NCBI GenBank assembly: GCA_963515815.1
Contig: CAUQAO010000001.1
Coordinates: 1-60,957, forward strand
Reading direction: 5' to 3'
Length of the DNA: 60,957 nucleotides
From: an uncultured Prevotella sp.
GTDB taxonomy: Bacteria > Bacteroidota > Bacteroidia > Bacteroidales > Bacteroidaceae
Part shown: one piece after another, positions 18,704-29,268 of the stretch
Numbering within the stretch: position 1 is the first letter of the stretch
Layout: each line of letters starts with the position of its first letter
Program-made: the position numbers and the translations under genes
Notes under the pieces: model-generated
Database searches by the model: none
What the model was told of the DNA's origin: nothing
What the model saw: the letters and a program-made list of their open reading frames with translations, nothing else

Positions 18704-20836
18704 CTATTGTGTTACCTGAGCCTCTTCGGCCAGTACGGTGTATTTATGCTGATCGGCATAGTAACGACGCTCGGCTTCTTTCTGACGTGCAGCCGAGAAG
18801 TTGCTTACACGCTTCAGATAGCCAATAATTCGGGTCATATAATCTACATTCTTGCTGTGACAATGGGGGCACTCGTGCAGGTATCGCTTATCTATACACC
18901 CGCATTCGTTGCAAATCGTATTGGGGATATTAAAGGTAAAATAATTGCACCCCTCTTTCGCCGCCACTTTCAAGAGCTGATAATACTGCGCCTTAGACAA
19001 ATGCTCCTCTAAGTTCATATGCAATGCAGAGCCGCCGGTAAGATGCTGTATGTAAGGAGCACCATGCAACTTGAATTTATCGACAATGGTCAGACTGTCA
19101 TCTTCTACTACATAGAAATAACTGTTGTAACAGTCGCGCGGTACGAAATAGCCGTCTTCCTTATCCCATTTCGCATGCTTTACGCCCACATTTTCAGCTG
19201 GTATCATCTCGCAGTTAAACATTACTTCCTTGGTTCTGTACTGTTTATTATACTTTTCGACCAGTCCGAGTACAGTCTGTACAAACTTTAGGTATTCAGG
19301 ATTGTCGTTGATCTGAATTCCCATGAACTCGGCAGCTTCTACAAGGCCGTTGATTCCAATTGTCAAATACTGTCGGCTGATATTAATATAACCTGCATCG
19401 AACAAGGGTAACATACCGTGTGCTTGCAGTTCCTTTAAATTTTCGTTGTAAGCCATCTGCACCTTATGGCACAAATCGATGATCTCTGACAGGTATTCCT
19501 GGTAGTCTAACTGATGATTAACCGCATACTGAATACACCTATTCAAATTGACAGTCAGCACGCTTTTCGAACCGGTAGATACACCGCCTGCTCCCAACGT
19601 ATAGCTAAAACCGTTGTCCTGAATCTCGTTGCGAAGCCGGCAGCAAGAACTCAGCGAGTCAGCATTGTCGCTCATATAAGTAAAGAAACTGTGCCCGTCG
19701 GCATACATCTCAGCAGCAAAATCACCCCACTCCTTATCTTTACATTCGCCATTTTCAGTCAACAGAGCCATCGTTTCTACAGGGAAGGTGAGCACCGTTT
19801 TCGTTCTCTCCTTATTAAACCATTTCATAAAACGCTTCTGAAGCCATGATAGAGACTCCCAATCGGGACGAGTGCCGTCGGGAAAATAGAAATTACCGAA
19901 AATGCTTTCAAAATAGAATTTATCGTAATAAGATATATTCCAGAACACCGCCTGATAGTTTCTGGCACCTGTAGGTTGATTAATCGAATAAACGATTTGC
20001 TCAAAACAGTCGGTTATCATCTTATCTATCGTGCGCTGACGGGCCGACAGATCGACCACCTTATCCGCCTCTTTATAATAGTATTTACCATACTCGAGTC
20101 CGATAAAGTAATTAAGATACATCAAAAACTCAGGAGTTGCACAAGCTCCCGATAACATGCTCGATACCATAAATACCATGTTGACAAAACCGCCGCAGTA
20201 ACTTTTCAGATTTGTCGGTGCGGTAGAATTTCCTCCGATACTCGATGTACCGCCAATAAGCCACGGATACATTGTAATAGATGCACAATAGTTAGCCAAT
20301 GATGTCTCGTCATTCTTATAGATAAAATGGTGAGTCAGCTTATCGATATATTCATCGGCAACATCCTTGCCATACATTTTCTTTATACGATCAGTCAACA
20401 ACCGACGATTCAGCCGAATAAAACTGGCCTTGGGCAGCTCGCCTATCAACGTAGCAATATTCTTATGTTCCACGTTTGCATTGGCATCATATTTCGATCC
20501 CGTAGCTGCGTTCGAAGCTTCGCAATAATCTGCCAAAAAGCGCAAACGCTCTAAAGTGTCTCGATCTTCGGTATGAGCCTGCCGATAAAGCATAAACGAT
20601 TTCGCCACCCGATAGTATCCTTCGCTCATCAGAGCCTCTTCCACCTGATTTTGAATATCCTCAACTCGGATATCGTTTGTCATATCCAGCCTACTCAGTA
20701 TCTTTGAAATAGCACATAAATCTGTTGGCTGATTTACCGAATCAAATGCCTTGATAATGGCATTCATAATTTTGTCCAAAGAAAAACGCTCTTTTGAGCC
20801 ATCTCGTTTTGTAATAGCAAAGTTCTTAATTTCCAT
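18704..20836 (-). CDS. nrdD: Class III anaerobic ribonucleoside-triphosphate reductase
   Basis: N-terminal ATP cone (ITKRDG), finger loop SSCCRL, CNECG/CPHC metal site, glycyl-radical motif TRIIGY. Confidence 0.95.
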   Translation of the reverse strand: MEIKNFAITKRDGSKERFSLDKIMNAIIKAFDSVNQPTDLCAISKILSRLDMTNDIRVEDIQNQVEEALMSEGYYRVAKSFMLYRQAHTEDRDTLERLRFLADYCEASNAATGSKYDANANVEHKNIATLIGELPKASFIRLNRRLLTDRIKKMYGKDVADEYIDKLTHHFIYKNDETSLANYCASITMYPWLIGGTSSIGGNSTAPTNLKSYCGGFVNMVFMVSSMLSGACATPEFLMYLNYFIGLEYGKYYYKEADKVVDLSARQRTIDKMITDCFEQIVYSINQPTGARNYQAVFWNISYYDKFYFESIFGNFYFPDGTRPDWESLSWLQKRFMKWFNKERTKTVLTFPVETMALLTENGECKDKEWGDFAAEMYADGHSFFTYMSDNADSLSSCCRLRNEIQDNGFSYTLGAGGVSTGSKSVLTVNLNRCIQYAVNHQLDYQEYLSEIIDLCHKVQMAYNENLKELQAHGMLPLFDAGYINISRQYLTIGINGLVEAAEFMGIQINDNPEYLKFVQTVLGLVEKYNKQYRTKEVMFNCEMIPAENVGVKHAKWDKEDGYFVPRDCYNSYFYVVEDDSLTIVDKFKLHGAPYIQHLTGGSALHMNLEEHLSKAQYYQLLKVAAKEGCNYFTFNIPNTICNECGCIDKRYLHECPHCHSKNVDYMTRIIGYLKRVSNFSAARQKEAERRYYADQHKYTVLAEEAQVTQ

Positions 20837-21549
20837 TTTTTACTCGTATATTTTTAATTAGATGATGAATTAATCGAACCGAAAAATCTTTTCAAAACCA
20901 TGAAAATTTATATATCTTTTAATGACTATAAACATTTCACTCTATCCATCAAGATCGGCAACAAAATTAGCATTTTTAATAACATGAAATCACTTTCCAG
21001 ATACAAAGTTTTCCATTTTAACAACTTTTACTATGCAATATTTTTATATTTTCGAAGATTTCTACACGAGAGATATCCGTATAATATATTATAAAACAAC
21101 CTATTAATACTAAGCACAAAAGTATATCATCAAAAAACATTTAAACAAGAACAACTGGAGTATCTGTAAATTAAATTTCCAAAAATATTTTTCTTACAAA
21201 GATATTAAAAGAAAAAAAGTTCAATTTTCGTATCGTAAACATGAGGTGTAATGAACATTTGGAGGTTGGTATCTTTTGCTATGTTTTTAAAATACCCCTT
21301 CATCAATAAACTTCCTTTTAATTGGTTTCACTCATGCCATGATGATTACATTTTATAAATAAGGGGGCAAAATGCATCTTGATGGAGCGTCTTGCGACTC
21401 TTAATCTTTGATGTGTGTAAATGGTTTTAGCTGATACTAAAAACGGTTTTCTCCTCTAAAAAGAATTCCAGTCATTACACCATTGGTTGAAAGCTGTTGT
21501 AAAAGCCTCTTTGCTCAAAAAATAAAGTGTTTGGTACTAAGGATAACAA

Positions 21550-21720
21550 ATGCATCGCAGACAACGAGAAGATAGACTGGCAAAACTACAAAATACCGAC
21601 GCAATACACAAGAGAGATAACGACAACGGTATTCAGAGCATTCTGACCACGCCGAAAACCTTATCCGTTGACGTTATCAATAAATACCTGGAATTGAAAA
21701 CGCGACAGCTGCTCAGCTGA
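21550..21720 (+). pseudogene. Remnant 3' end of a DUF58-family gene
   Basis: 56-codon ORF ending NGIQSILTTPKTLSVDVINKYLELKTRQLLS*, resembling the C-terminus of Bacteroidales DUF58 proteins; the first ~25 codons look unrelated. Confidence 0.6.
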
Positions 21721-21796
21721 CGGATTTTCTCCTCATTTTTTACTCCTTTCGCTAACAGGGCGTCAATCTGTTTACCGAATCGTACGATTTAGAATG

Positions 21797-21832
21797 AAAT
21801 CTTATCATCGACGGCAGTCGATAATAAGATTT
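21797..21832. terminator. 16-bp inverted repeat / possible terminator
   Basis: AAATCTTATCATCGAC-GGCA-GTCGATAATAAGATTT; the single mismatch becomes a G-U pair on the minus strand. Confidence 0.55.
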
Positions 21833-21977
21833 AGGATAAAACGATGAAATCGAAGAGCGGGATAGGGACGCACGGTTGTTTCGCGAAGATTTTCTGGGGC
21901 GCGAACAGGTTAAGTTAAAAAATTATAGTAGTTTTGCACGCCTAATTAATGAAAACAATATACTACAACAGAATGTT

Positions 21978-23150
21978 ATGAAAAAAAAGACGCTCATTAC
22001 GCTAACGGCCCTGGTCGCTCTTTCTGCCGGCGCACAAGTAAAGCTGTCGACATGGTTGAACAACATGAAACTCTCGGGCTACGGGATGACCCAATATCAG
22101 TACAGTTCGCAAGAAGGGGCGCAGGCCAATTCGTTCAATATACGCCTGCTGCGACTGTCGCTGGACGGGCGCATCGTAAACGATTTTTATTGGAAAGCGC
22201 AGCTGCAACTCAACGGCAACACCACTACCCTGGGCAACAGTCCGCGTGTGGTCGATCTGTTTGCCGAGTGGCAGAAACTCGAGTGTTTCAGGGTAAAACT
22301 CGGACAGTTCAAACGTCCCTTCACGTTCGAAAACCCGATGCACCCTATCGACCAAGGCTTCATGGGCAATGGGCAGAACATTGTAAAGTTGGCGGGCTTT
22401 AACGACCGGAGCGGCGCGCATTCGTCGAACGGCAGAGACTTGGGACTGCAGATTCAGGGCGATTTCTTGAAAAACAGTGCGGGAAGAACCCTGCTGCACT
22501 ATCAAATCGGCGTTTTCAACGGGCAGGGCATCAATACAAAAGATGTAGACCAGCAGAAAGACATCATTGGCGGACTGTGGATCAAGCCCCTTGCAGGCAT
22601 GCGCATCGGAGCGTTCGGATGGACCGGGAGCTATGCCCGAAAAGGAACGTGGGATGTTGTCGACGCCAACCATCAGCCCGTCAAAACGGTCAATGCCGAG
22701 GGGAAAACGGTTACGCTGACACAGTGGGGCGTGCGTTCGCTGCGCCAACATCGCTATGCCCTTTCTGCCGAATACACGTCCGACGATTGGACTTTCCGCT
22801 CGGAATACATCCACTCTACGGGCTACGCATTCACGCAGCAGTATCAAACGCCGGCCAACGCCACGAATGCCAACATCGATTACAACGCCGGCAACAAGGC
22901 CGACGGCATATATGCGCTGGCCATCGCTCCTGTTATCAAGAACCGGCTGCACGCCAAAGCGCGCTACGATATGTATCGCCCGTCGGCCGAATGGAATAAA
23001 GCGAAAACATTATACGAAGTCGGGATCGACTACGAATTTACGCGAAGCTTGAAACTGTGCGGCGAATATGCGCTCGTCAACGATCGTTCGCTGCCCGCAG
23101 GAAGCAATAATTACTCGATCATAGACGTACAGGTAGATTTCAGGTTTTGA
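21978..23150 (+). CDS. Porin, phosphate-selective OprO/OprP-like
   Basis: Signal MKKKTLITLTALVALSAGA; FNIRLLRL, GQFKRPFTFEN, GRDLG, GVFNGQG; C-terminal Phe; -7 box TAGTTTTG at 21929-21936. Confidence 0.85.
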   Translation: MKKKTLITLTALVALSAGAQVKLSTWLNNMKLSGYGMTQYQYSSQEGAQANSFNIRLLRLSLDGRIVNDFYWKAQLQLNGNTTTLGNSPRVVDLFAEWQKLECFRVKLGQFKRPFTFENPMHPIDQGFMGNGQNIVKLAGFNDRSGAHSSNGRDLGLQIQGDFLKNSAGRTLLHYQIGVFNGQGINTKDVDQQKDIIGGLWIKPLAGMRIGAFGWTGSYARKGTWDVVDANHQPVKTVNAEGKTVTLTQWGVRSLRQHRYALSAEYTSDDWTFRSEYIHSTGYAFTQQYQTPANATNANIDYNAGNKADGIYALAIAPVIKNRLHAKARYDMYRPSAEWNKAKTLYEVGIDYEFTRSLKLCGEYALVNDRSLPAGSNNYSIIDVQVDFRF

Positions 23151-23171
23151 AACAATAAAGTCCGTTCGGCG

Positions 23172-23732
23172 TCAAAACCTTTTCAATTCTTGATAAATGC
23201 GCTGAACCGGCAAGCCCATCACATTAAAATAGCCTCCCTGCAACTTTGTTACGCCAATATAGCCTATCCACTCTTGCACGCCGTATGCACCGGCCTTGTC
23301 GAAGGGATGATAATGCGTAACGTAATAATCTATTTCCTCGTCGGAAAGCTCCTTGAACGTAACATCGGTAACGGTAGTGAAAGCTCGTTGCCGCTGTCGA
23401 GTGGTCAGGCATACGCCCGTAACGACCTGATGCGTGTAGCCGCTCAACGCTCGTAACATCCGCTTGGCATCGGACGCGTTGTGCGGCTTGCCCATCACTT
23501 CGCGGTCTAAAACAACCACAGTGTCGGCTGTGATGAGCAATTCGTTGTCGCCGATATCGTACGCGGCGGCTTTCTTTTTCGCAATGAACAGCGGGATTTG
23601 ATCTACCGGCAGATCGTGGGGATAATCTTCGGAAATATCCTCTTTCACTCGAACTGTAAACGGAATATCGAGCCCTTTCAACAACTCTTGCCGTCGTGGC
23701 GAATTGGATGCTAAAACAATTTGATACATCAT
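23172..23732 (-). CDS. maf: Maf-family nucleoside triphosphate pyrophosphatase
   Basis: VLASNSPRRQELL, ADTVV, GKP, DKAGAYGVQ, NVMGLP; alternative GTG start at 23759 overlaps the kdsC stop. Confidence 0.93.
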   Translation of the reverse strand: MMYQIVLASNSPRRQELLKGLDIPFTVRVKEDISEDYPHDLPVDQIPLFIAKKKAAAYDIGDNELLITADTVVVLDREVMGKPHNASDAKRMLRALSGYTHQVVTGVCLTTRQRQRAFTTVTDVTFKELSDEEIDYYVTHYHPFDKAGAYGVQEWIGYIGVTKLQGGYFNVMGLPVQRIYQELKRF

Positions 23733-23755
23733 TCTTCTTGTTCTTATCGGATCGA

Positions 23756-24274
23756 TCACCAGCCGAATGCTTTGTCATCGCTCAACCACTTGCCCTGCAC
23801 CTTCAGAACTTGTTCTATAATATCACGCCCGCAACCGTAGCCACCGGGCAGGTGACTGATATAAAGGCTCAGCTGCTTGATCTCGGCAGCAGCATCCTTT
23901 GGGCAGCAGGGACAGCCAACGCGCTTCATCACCTCGTAATCGGGAATATCGTCGCCCATGTAAATCACTTCTTCGTCTGCCAAACCGTATTTTTTGATAA
24001 ACTCGCGATAAACTTTTATCTTCATGGAGCAGCCCATGTAAATATCTTCTACCCCCAGCCCCGCGTAACGCGAACGTATGGCCGGCGTATCTCCCCCGGT
24101 CATGATGGCTATATGCAGCCCCATCCTTTGGGCCAACTGTATGGCATATCCATCTTTAATATTTACGGTTCGCAACGGTATTCCCGCATCATCCATCGTG
24201 ATTGTTTCTGCAGAGAGAACACCGTCTACATCGAAAACGATGGCTTTAATCTTCTTTAAGTCGTAGTGAATCAT
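23756..24274 (-). CDS. kdsC: KDO 8-phosphate phosphatase-like HAD hydrolase
   Basis: [30 protein letters not shown]. Confidence 0.88.
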   Translation of the reverse strand: MIHYDLKKIKAIVFDVDGVLSAETITMDDAGIPLRTVNIKDGYAIQLAQRMGLHIAIMTGGDTPAIRSRYAGLGVEDIYMGCSMKIKVYREFIKKYGLADEEVIYMGDDIPDYEVMKRVGCPCCPKDAAAEIKQLSLYISHLPGGYGCGRDIIEQVLKVQGKWLSDDKAFGW

Positions 24275-24343
24275 AACAGCACAAAGGTAGGCATATTCGC
24301 GTAATTTGTTGGGGGGTTATAAAACATTTCTTATTTTTGTAAC

Positions 24344-25321
24344 ATGAGCGGCATTCAAGTCAGAATCATCTCGAAAGGTTCGCAATTACCACCTATGGAA
24401 TGCCAACGTTTCTTCCATAGCGTAGAATTATTCCGAATAGCCGAACGGACACCCGGACATAGCCCGTATATGGTCGTCGCAGAAAACGATCGCGGCGAAG
24501 TCGTAGCTCATCTGCTGGCATTAGTCCGATGGAATATTTCATGGTTTCCTCCCTATTTATACACGCAAGGAAGGATTTATGGCGAAGGCGAATACATCGA
24601 CGAGATCAATAAGGAAGAGATATTCGGCATGATGCTTCGGCAAATAACAAAGCTATTTAAACGAAGACTTGCACTCTATACCGAGTTCAGCGATATAAGC
24701 CAAAAGATGTTCGGATATAAACATTTCAGAGAGTGCGGCTATTTTCCCATCAACTGGCAAGAAATCCACAATTCACTACATAGTAAATCGCCAGTACAAA
24801 GGCTAAACGGAAAAGCAGCCAAGCACCTTTTGCAAGCAAAAAGGAATGGAGTTGTTGCCAGAGAAGTACAAAACACAGCCGAGATACACCAGTTCTATTC
24901 ACTTTTAAAGGAGCATTTCCGGATGAAAGTCAGGCGCTTTATCCCGCCCGAAAGCCTCTTTCATGAACTCTACCGCAATCACCACGCTAAAATATTCATC
25001 ACGCTTTACAAAGAAAAAGTGATCGGAGGCTGCGCCTGTGTATATTCAAAAAAGAATGCCAGCCTATGGTATCTGGCCTCAAAGCGCAAAACCTACCGTC
25101 ATTTGCATCCCGACACCGCGACCGTATGGTGCGCTATCGAGCATGCCTATACCCATCATTACGAACATGTCTATTTCTTAGACGCCGGTCTTCCGTTTAA
25201 GAAAACCCGATTTAGAGATTTCATCTTAAGCTTCGGCGGAAAGCCCGTAACCAAGTACCGCTGGTTTAGAATATCTATTCCCTGGCTCAACAAATTCTTC
25301 TCATGGTTGTATCGAGAATAA
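24344..25321 (+). CDS. GNAT / FemAB-like protein
   Basis: [39 protein letters not shown] resemble the FemABX/acetyltransferase fold. Confidence 0.75.
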   Translation: MSGIQVRIISKGSQLPPMECQRFFHSVELFRIAERTPGHSPYMVVAENDRGEVVAHLLALVRWNISWFPPYLYTQGRIYGEGEYIDEINKEEIFGMMLRQITKLFKRRLALYTEFSDISQKMFGYKHFRECGYFPINWQEIHNSLHSKSPVQRLNGKAAKHLLQAKRNGVVAREVQNTAEIHQFYSLLKEHFRMKVRRFIPPESLFHELYRNHHAKIFITLYKEKVIGGCACVYSKKNASLWYLASKRKTYRHLHPDTATVWCAIEHAYTHHYEHVYFLDAGLPFKKTRFRDFILSFGGKPVTKYRWFRISIPWLNKFFSWLYRE

Positions 25322-25418
25322 ATCAACCAAAAAGCCACTGAAAAATACGCTATCATTTTTTTACTTTCTATCGCTTTTCACTACCTTTGCGCACATTATT
25401 AAAGATAATGTAAACAGA

Positions 25419-25994
25419 ATGAAAGCACTTATAGACCGCATACTGAAAGATGGCGAATGCCATCCCGGAGGTATATTGAAAGTCGATAAATTTATTAATC
25501 ACCAGATGGACCCTAACTTGATGAAAGCAATTGCCATCGAATTTATCAAACGTTATGCCTCCACCGAAATAACCAAGATACTAACCATAGAAGCTTCAGG
25601 CATCGCTCCGGCCATCGTGATGGGATTGTTATTAGACCTGCCAGTAGTCTTTGTCAAGAAAAAGAAGCCTTCTACAATGGAAAACACATTATCTACAACA
25701 GTCTTTTCTTTTACTAAACAGCGCGAATATAATGTGGTTATCAGCAAAGATTATCTGACGCCCAACGATAAGGTCGTGTTTATCGACGATTTCTTGGCTT
25801 ATGGCAATGCAGCCAAAGGTATTATAGACCTTTGCCGACAGGCTGGAGCGAAACTTGCAGGAATGGGATTCATCATCGAGAAAGCTTTCCAGCATGGACG
25901 AGAAGAGATCGAGGCTGCCGGAATACGTTGCGAGTCTTTAGCCATTATAGAATCACTCGACAACTGTCAGATACGACTTAAAAATTTAGAATAA
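25419..25994 (+). CDS. xpt: Xanthine phosphoribosyltransferase
   Basis: [32 protein letters not shown] motif; -7 box TACCTTTG at 25382-25389. Confidence 0.95.
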   Translation: MKALIDRILKDGECHPGGILKVDKFINHQMDPNLMKAIAIEFIKRYASTEITKILTIEASGIAPAIVMGLLLDLPVVFVKKKKPSTMENTLSTTVFSFTKQREYNVVISKDYLTPNDKVVFIDDFLAYGNAAKGIIDLCRQAGAKLAGMGFIIEKAFQHGREEIEAAGIRCESLAIIESLDNCQIRLKNLE

Positions 25995-26022
25995 TCATTT
26001 CTTTTCTAACATTTATAATTAT

Positions 26023-27378
26023 ATGGAACATACAAATGCACATCCCAACGATTTGATTTATGGCCTTAATGATAAGCCACAACTAAGAGAAACGCTCTTT
26101 GCCGCCTTGCAGCACCTATTGGCAATCTTTGTCGCAATCATTACGCCACCGCTCATCATTTCGAATGCACTTGGTTTCGACATACAGGTTACCGGTTTCT
26201 TGGTATCTATGTCATTATTCGTATCGGGCATCGCAACGTTTATTCAGTGTTATCGAATCGGCCCGATAGGTACCGGATTACTTTGCATACAAGGCACAAG
26301 CTTTTCTTTTATCGGTCCGATCATCGGCGCGGGAATGTTAGGCATGGTAGGCGGAAAGATGAATGCAGAAATGGCCTTGGCCTATATCTTTACGGCTTGT
26401 ATGTTTGCTTCGGTTGTAGAGATGTTTGTCAGTCGCATTCTAAAATATACGCGCAGAATTATCACGCCGCTGGTATCGGGAATCGTTGTTACGCTCATCG
26501 GAATGAGTTTGATAAAGGCCGGTATCCATTCGTGCGGAGGCGGATCGGTTGCCGAGTCCGACGGATCTTTCGGTTCACTGGCCAATCTGGGTTTAGCGGC
26601 CTTGGTCTTATTCAGTATCATCTTCTTCAATCGTTCCAGCAATCGTTTCTTCCGAATGAGTTCTATCGTTTTAGGACTGCTCATAGGCTGTATCGTCGCT
26701 TATCTTTTAGGAATGATCGATCTTAATTCTGTAGATCATTACGGAGGCTTTATCATTCCTGTCCCGTTTAAATACGGATTCCGTTTCGACGTATCAGCCC
26801 TGATCGCTTTAGGCCTGGTGTATCTTATCACAGCCATCGAAGCTTACGGAGACATTACGGCCAACTCGTTAATCTCAGGCGAGCCGATAGAAGGGCCAGT
26901 TTTCGAAAAGAGAGCATCGGGCGGCATTCTTGCCGACGGTTTCAACTCGATGTTAGCAGCAGTATTCAACTCTTTCCCCAACTCAATCTTTGCACAAAAC
27001 AACGGAATGATACAGTTAACAGGCATTGCAAGTCGGTATGTGGGCTATTACATTGCCGGCGCCTTGATTATTTTAGGTTTGTTTCCTGCCGTAGGCTTGG
27101 TATTTTCTTTGATACCCGCTCCGGTATTAGGAGGAGCAACATTGCTGATGTTCGGAACGGTAGCTGCCGCAGGCATTCGTATCATCGCATCCAATAAATT
27201 GAATCGTAAAGCCATTTTGGTCATGGCCATCAGCTTTGCATTAGGCTTAAGCGTCGAAATGGTTCCGGGAATATTGAACCACATGCCCGAAACAATAAAG
27301 AATATTTTCTCGTCAGGAATTACGACCGGAGGCCTTACCGCTATTCTGACGAATGCATTTATACGAATAAAAGAATAG
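26023..27378 (+). CDS. Nucleobase:cation symporter-2 family xanthine permease
   Basis: ALQH motif and NAT signature FAQNNGMIQLTG; follows xpt. Confidence 0.93.
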   Translation: MEHTNAHPNDLIYGLNDKPQLRETLFAALQHLLAIFVAIITPPLIISNALGFDIQVTGFLVSMSLFVSGIATFIQCYRIGPIGTGLLCIQGTSFSFIGPIIGAGMLGMVGGKMNAEMALAYIFTACMFASVVEMFVSRILKYTRRIITPLVSGIVVTLIGMSLIKAGIHSCGGGSVAESDGSFGSLANLGLAALVLFSIIFFNRSSNRFFRMSSIVLGLLIGCIVAYLLGMIDLNSVDHYGGFIIPVPFKYGFRFDVSALIALGLVYLITAIEAYGDITANSLISGEPIEGPVFEKRASGGILADGFNSMLAAVFNSFPNSIFAQNNGMIQLTGIASRYVGYYIAGALIILGLFPAVGLVFSLIPAPVLGGATLLMFGTVAAAGIRIIASNKLNRKAILVMAISFALGLSVEMVPGILNHMPETIKNIFSSGITTGGLTAILTNAFIRIKE

Positions 27379-27572
27379 AAATAAAAGAAAAAACGATCGT
27401 AAACCCGGCAAAATAAAACTTTTAATAAGCAATTCGTTCTATTTAATGATATTTAGATAAGATTTTACGGGCGAAAAAGCGAAAACAGCGATATTTTTCT
27501 ATACCTTTGCAAGGTTTTATTTTGTATATTTTCAATATACGCGTATTATTAGCAGATAGTTTAGGATAAAGA

Positions 27573-28445
27573 ATGAGACAATTAAAGATTCAGAAAAGCA
27601 TTACCAATCGTTCAAGTGAAGCATTAGACAAATATCTTGTTGAAATAGGCCGAGCACCCCTCATCTCTATCGACGAGGAAATAGAACTTGCCCAGAAGAT
27701 AAAAAAAGGAGGTACCGAGGGCGAAAAAGCCAAAGATAAACTTGTAACGGCCAACTTGCGATTTGTCGTTTCTGTAGCAAAACAATACCAGCATCAAGGC
27801 TTAACACTGACCGACTTAATAGACGAGGGCAATATCGGATTGATCAAAGCAGCACAAAAGTTCGACGAAACCCGAGGATTCAAGTTTATCTCTTACGCCG
27901 TATGGTGGATTCGCCAAAGCATTTTGCAGGCCATTGCAGAACAAAGCCGAATCGTAAGGCTCCCGCTCAACCAGGTAGGTTCGCTTAACAAGATCAATCA
28001 CGAAATCAACCGATTCGAGCAAGAAAACCAGCGGCGTCCTTCAATTTCAGAACTTTCGGATGCAACGAATATCGACGAAGAGAAAATCGGTCAGAGCATG
28101 ATGGCCGACGGTCATCATGTCAGCATTGACGCACCGTTCCAAGACGGCGAAGACAATACGATGTTAGACGTAATGCCGAGCGGCGACGACAGCAGAACCG
28201 ACCGGCAGGTAGACCACGAGTCGATGGCGCAAGAGCTGAACACCGTACTGAACAGGGTGCTGAAAGACCGCGAGATCACCATCATCAAAGAATGCTTCGG
28301 CATCGGCTGCCACGAAAAGGGACTCGAAGAAATCGGAGACCAATTAGGGTTGACGCGCGAACGCGTACGTCAGATCCGCGAAAAAAGCATCGCTAAGCTG
28401 CGCGACAGCGGTAATGCAAAAATATTGATGAAGTATTTGGGATAG
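27573..28445 (+). CDS. rpoD: Primary sigma factor, Bacteroidota short RpoD type
   Basis: MRQLKI start, ANLRFVVSVAKQY, GFKFISYAVWWIRQ, LTRERVRQI; -7 box TACCTTTG at 27502-27509. Confidence 0.93.
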   Translation: MRQLKIQKSITNRSSEALDKYLVEIGRAPLISIDEEIELAQKIKKGGTEGEKAKDKLVTANLRFVVSVAKQYQHQGLTLTDLIDEGNIGLIKAAQKFDETRGFKFISYAVWWIRQSILQAIAEQSRIVRLPLNQVGSLNKINHEINRFEQENQRRPSISELSDATNIDEEKIGQSMMADGHHVSIDAPFQDGEDNTMLDVMPSGDDSRTDRQVDHESMAQELNTVLNRVLKDREITIIKECFGIGCHEKGLEEIGDQLGLTRERVRQIREKSIAKLRDSGNAKILMKYLG

Positions 28446-28689
28446 CCTTCATGGCCACCCATACCAACCGAACGAGGCTGCGTCGCAACACACGATATAG
28501 CCTCGTTTCTTTTGCATACCACACCTTCCTTTTCCATAATATTTGGAAGTTTCGTAAGTATATCTTTGCGGACGAAATTCGCGAAGATGACCCGCGCTTC
28601 AGCAATCGGATTCAGTTCCATTGCATTCGTACCATCTTTCGCAACCGTAAATTCTGTGTGCAAGCATAAACAAATAGAGAAATAAAACA

Positions 28690-28809
28690 ATGGTGAACGA
28701 AAATCTTTATCTTTCTGCAAAAAAGACGGTAGATTATTTGGTGGTTCCGAATAATTTACCACACACACACATACACCGCCCACCTGGCGGCAGCGAGACC
28801 ATTTTCTAA
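28690..28809 (+). CDS. Putative 39-aa uORF containing a (CA)6 tract
   Basis: MVNENLYLSAKKTVDYLVVPNNLPHTHIHRPPGGSETIF*; preceded by A-rich AAATAAAACA; (CA)6 at 28760-28771. Confidence 0.4.
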   Translation: MVNENLYLSAKKTVDYLVVPNNLPHTHIHRPPGGSETIF

Positions 28810-28848
28810 GTTTTATCCTACGCGCGCGAGGCGCAGCAAAACCCCATA

Positions 28849-28887
28849 GGCAAAGGGATCTTCGGAGATTTCTTTGCCCAACTTTTT
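28849..28887 (+). terminator. Terminator/attenuator-like hairpin
   Basis: GGCAAAGGGATCT-TCGG-AGATTTCTTTGCC (13 bp, two G-U pairs on the + strand), then CAACTTTTT. Confidence 0.55.
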
Positions 28888-28967
28888 ATGCCTTTTTACC
28901 GATTGATTAAAGGGCAAAATAAGTCCTTTTCAAATACAATTTTATCAACTAAAATCCGAATGTTTAT

Positions 28968-29234
28968 GAAAGAGAAAAAATCCGTAGATATACGGATGCC
29001 TCCGAAGTTGCAGACTTGTTGAATCTGATTCACAGCTTTTGCCTCTGTACGGATGTTCAGCAGACAGCCACGAGGCCGGTAAGAGATTCCAAAGACTTGT
29101 ATCTCTTGTCACTGGCAGAGACGGTTGGTGCAGACTATCTTGTATCCGGTGACAAAGACCTGCTGGTTTTGGAAAGTCATGGACAGACCCAAATGATAAA
29201 ACTGTCGGATTTTAAATTGCGGCATGGTTTGTAA
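28968..29234 (+). pseudogene. C-terminal remnant of a PIN-domain (PIN_3 type) toxin gene
   Basis: REKIRRY...VRDSKDLYLLSLAETVGADYLVSGDKDLL; the N-terminal DTN motif is absent; in-frame TAA at 28950-28952; no antitoxin gene. Confidence 0.8.
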
Positions 29235-29268
29235 ATAAGGGTCTTTCTGATAGATTCCCATAGCATTT

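Noticed and set aside
20837..21500. Cobalamin riboswitch upstream of nrdD; also purine, lysine and TPP riboswitches at xpt, lysC and the thiE-like gene
   Set aside because: No recognisable conserved motifs; for xpt and the thiE-like gene the promoter is too close to the start codon, and lysC is operon-internal
21981..21988. A8 tract at the porin start as a phase-variation site
   Set aside because: It encodes the ordinary MKKK n-region, is in frame, and such runs are common in signal peptides
28690..28809. His-containing uORF (HTHIH) as the attenuator of the his operon
   Set aside because: It is over 1.2 kb from hisH, which has its own consensus promoter; the His codons come from the CA tract
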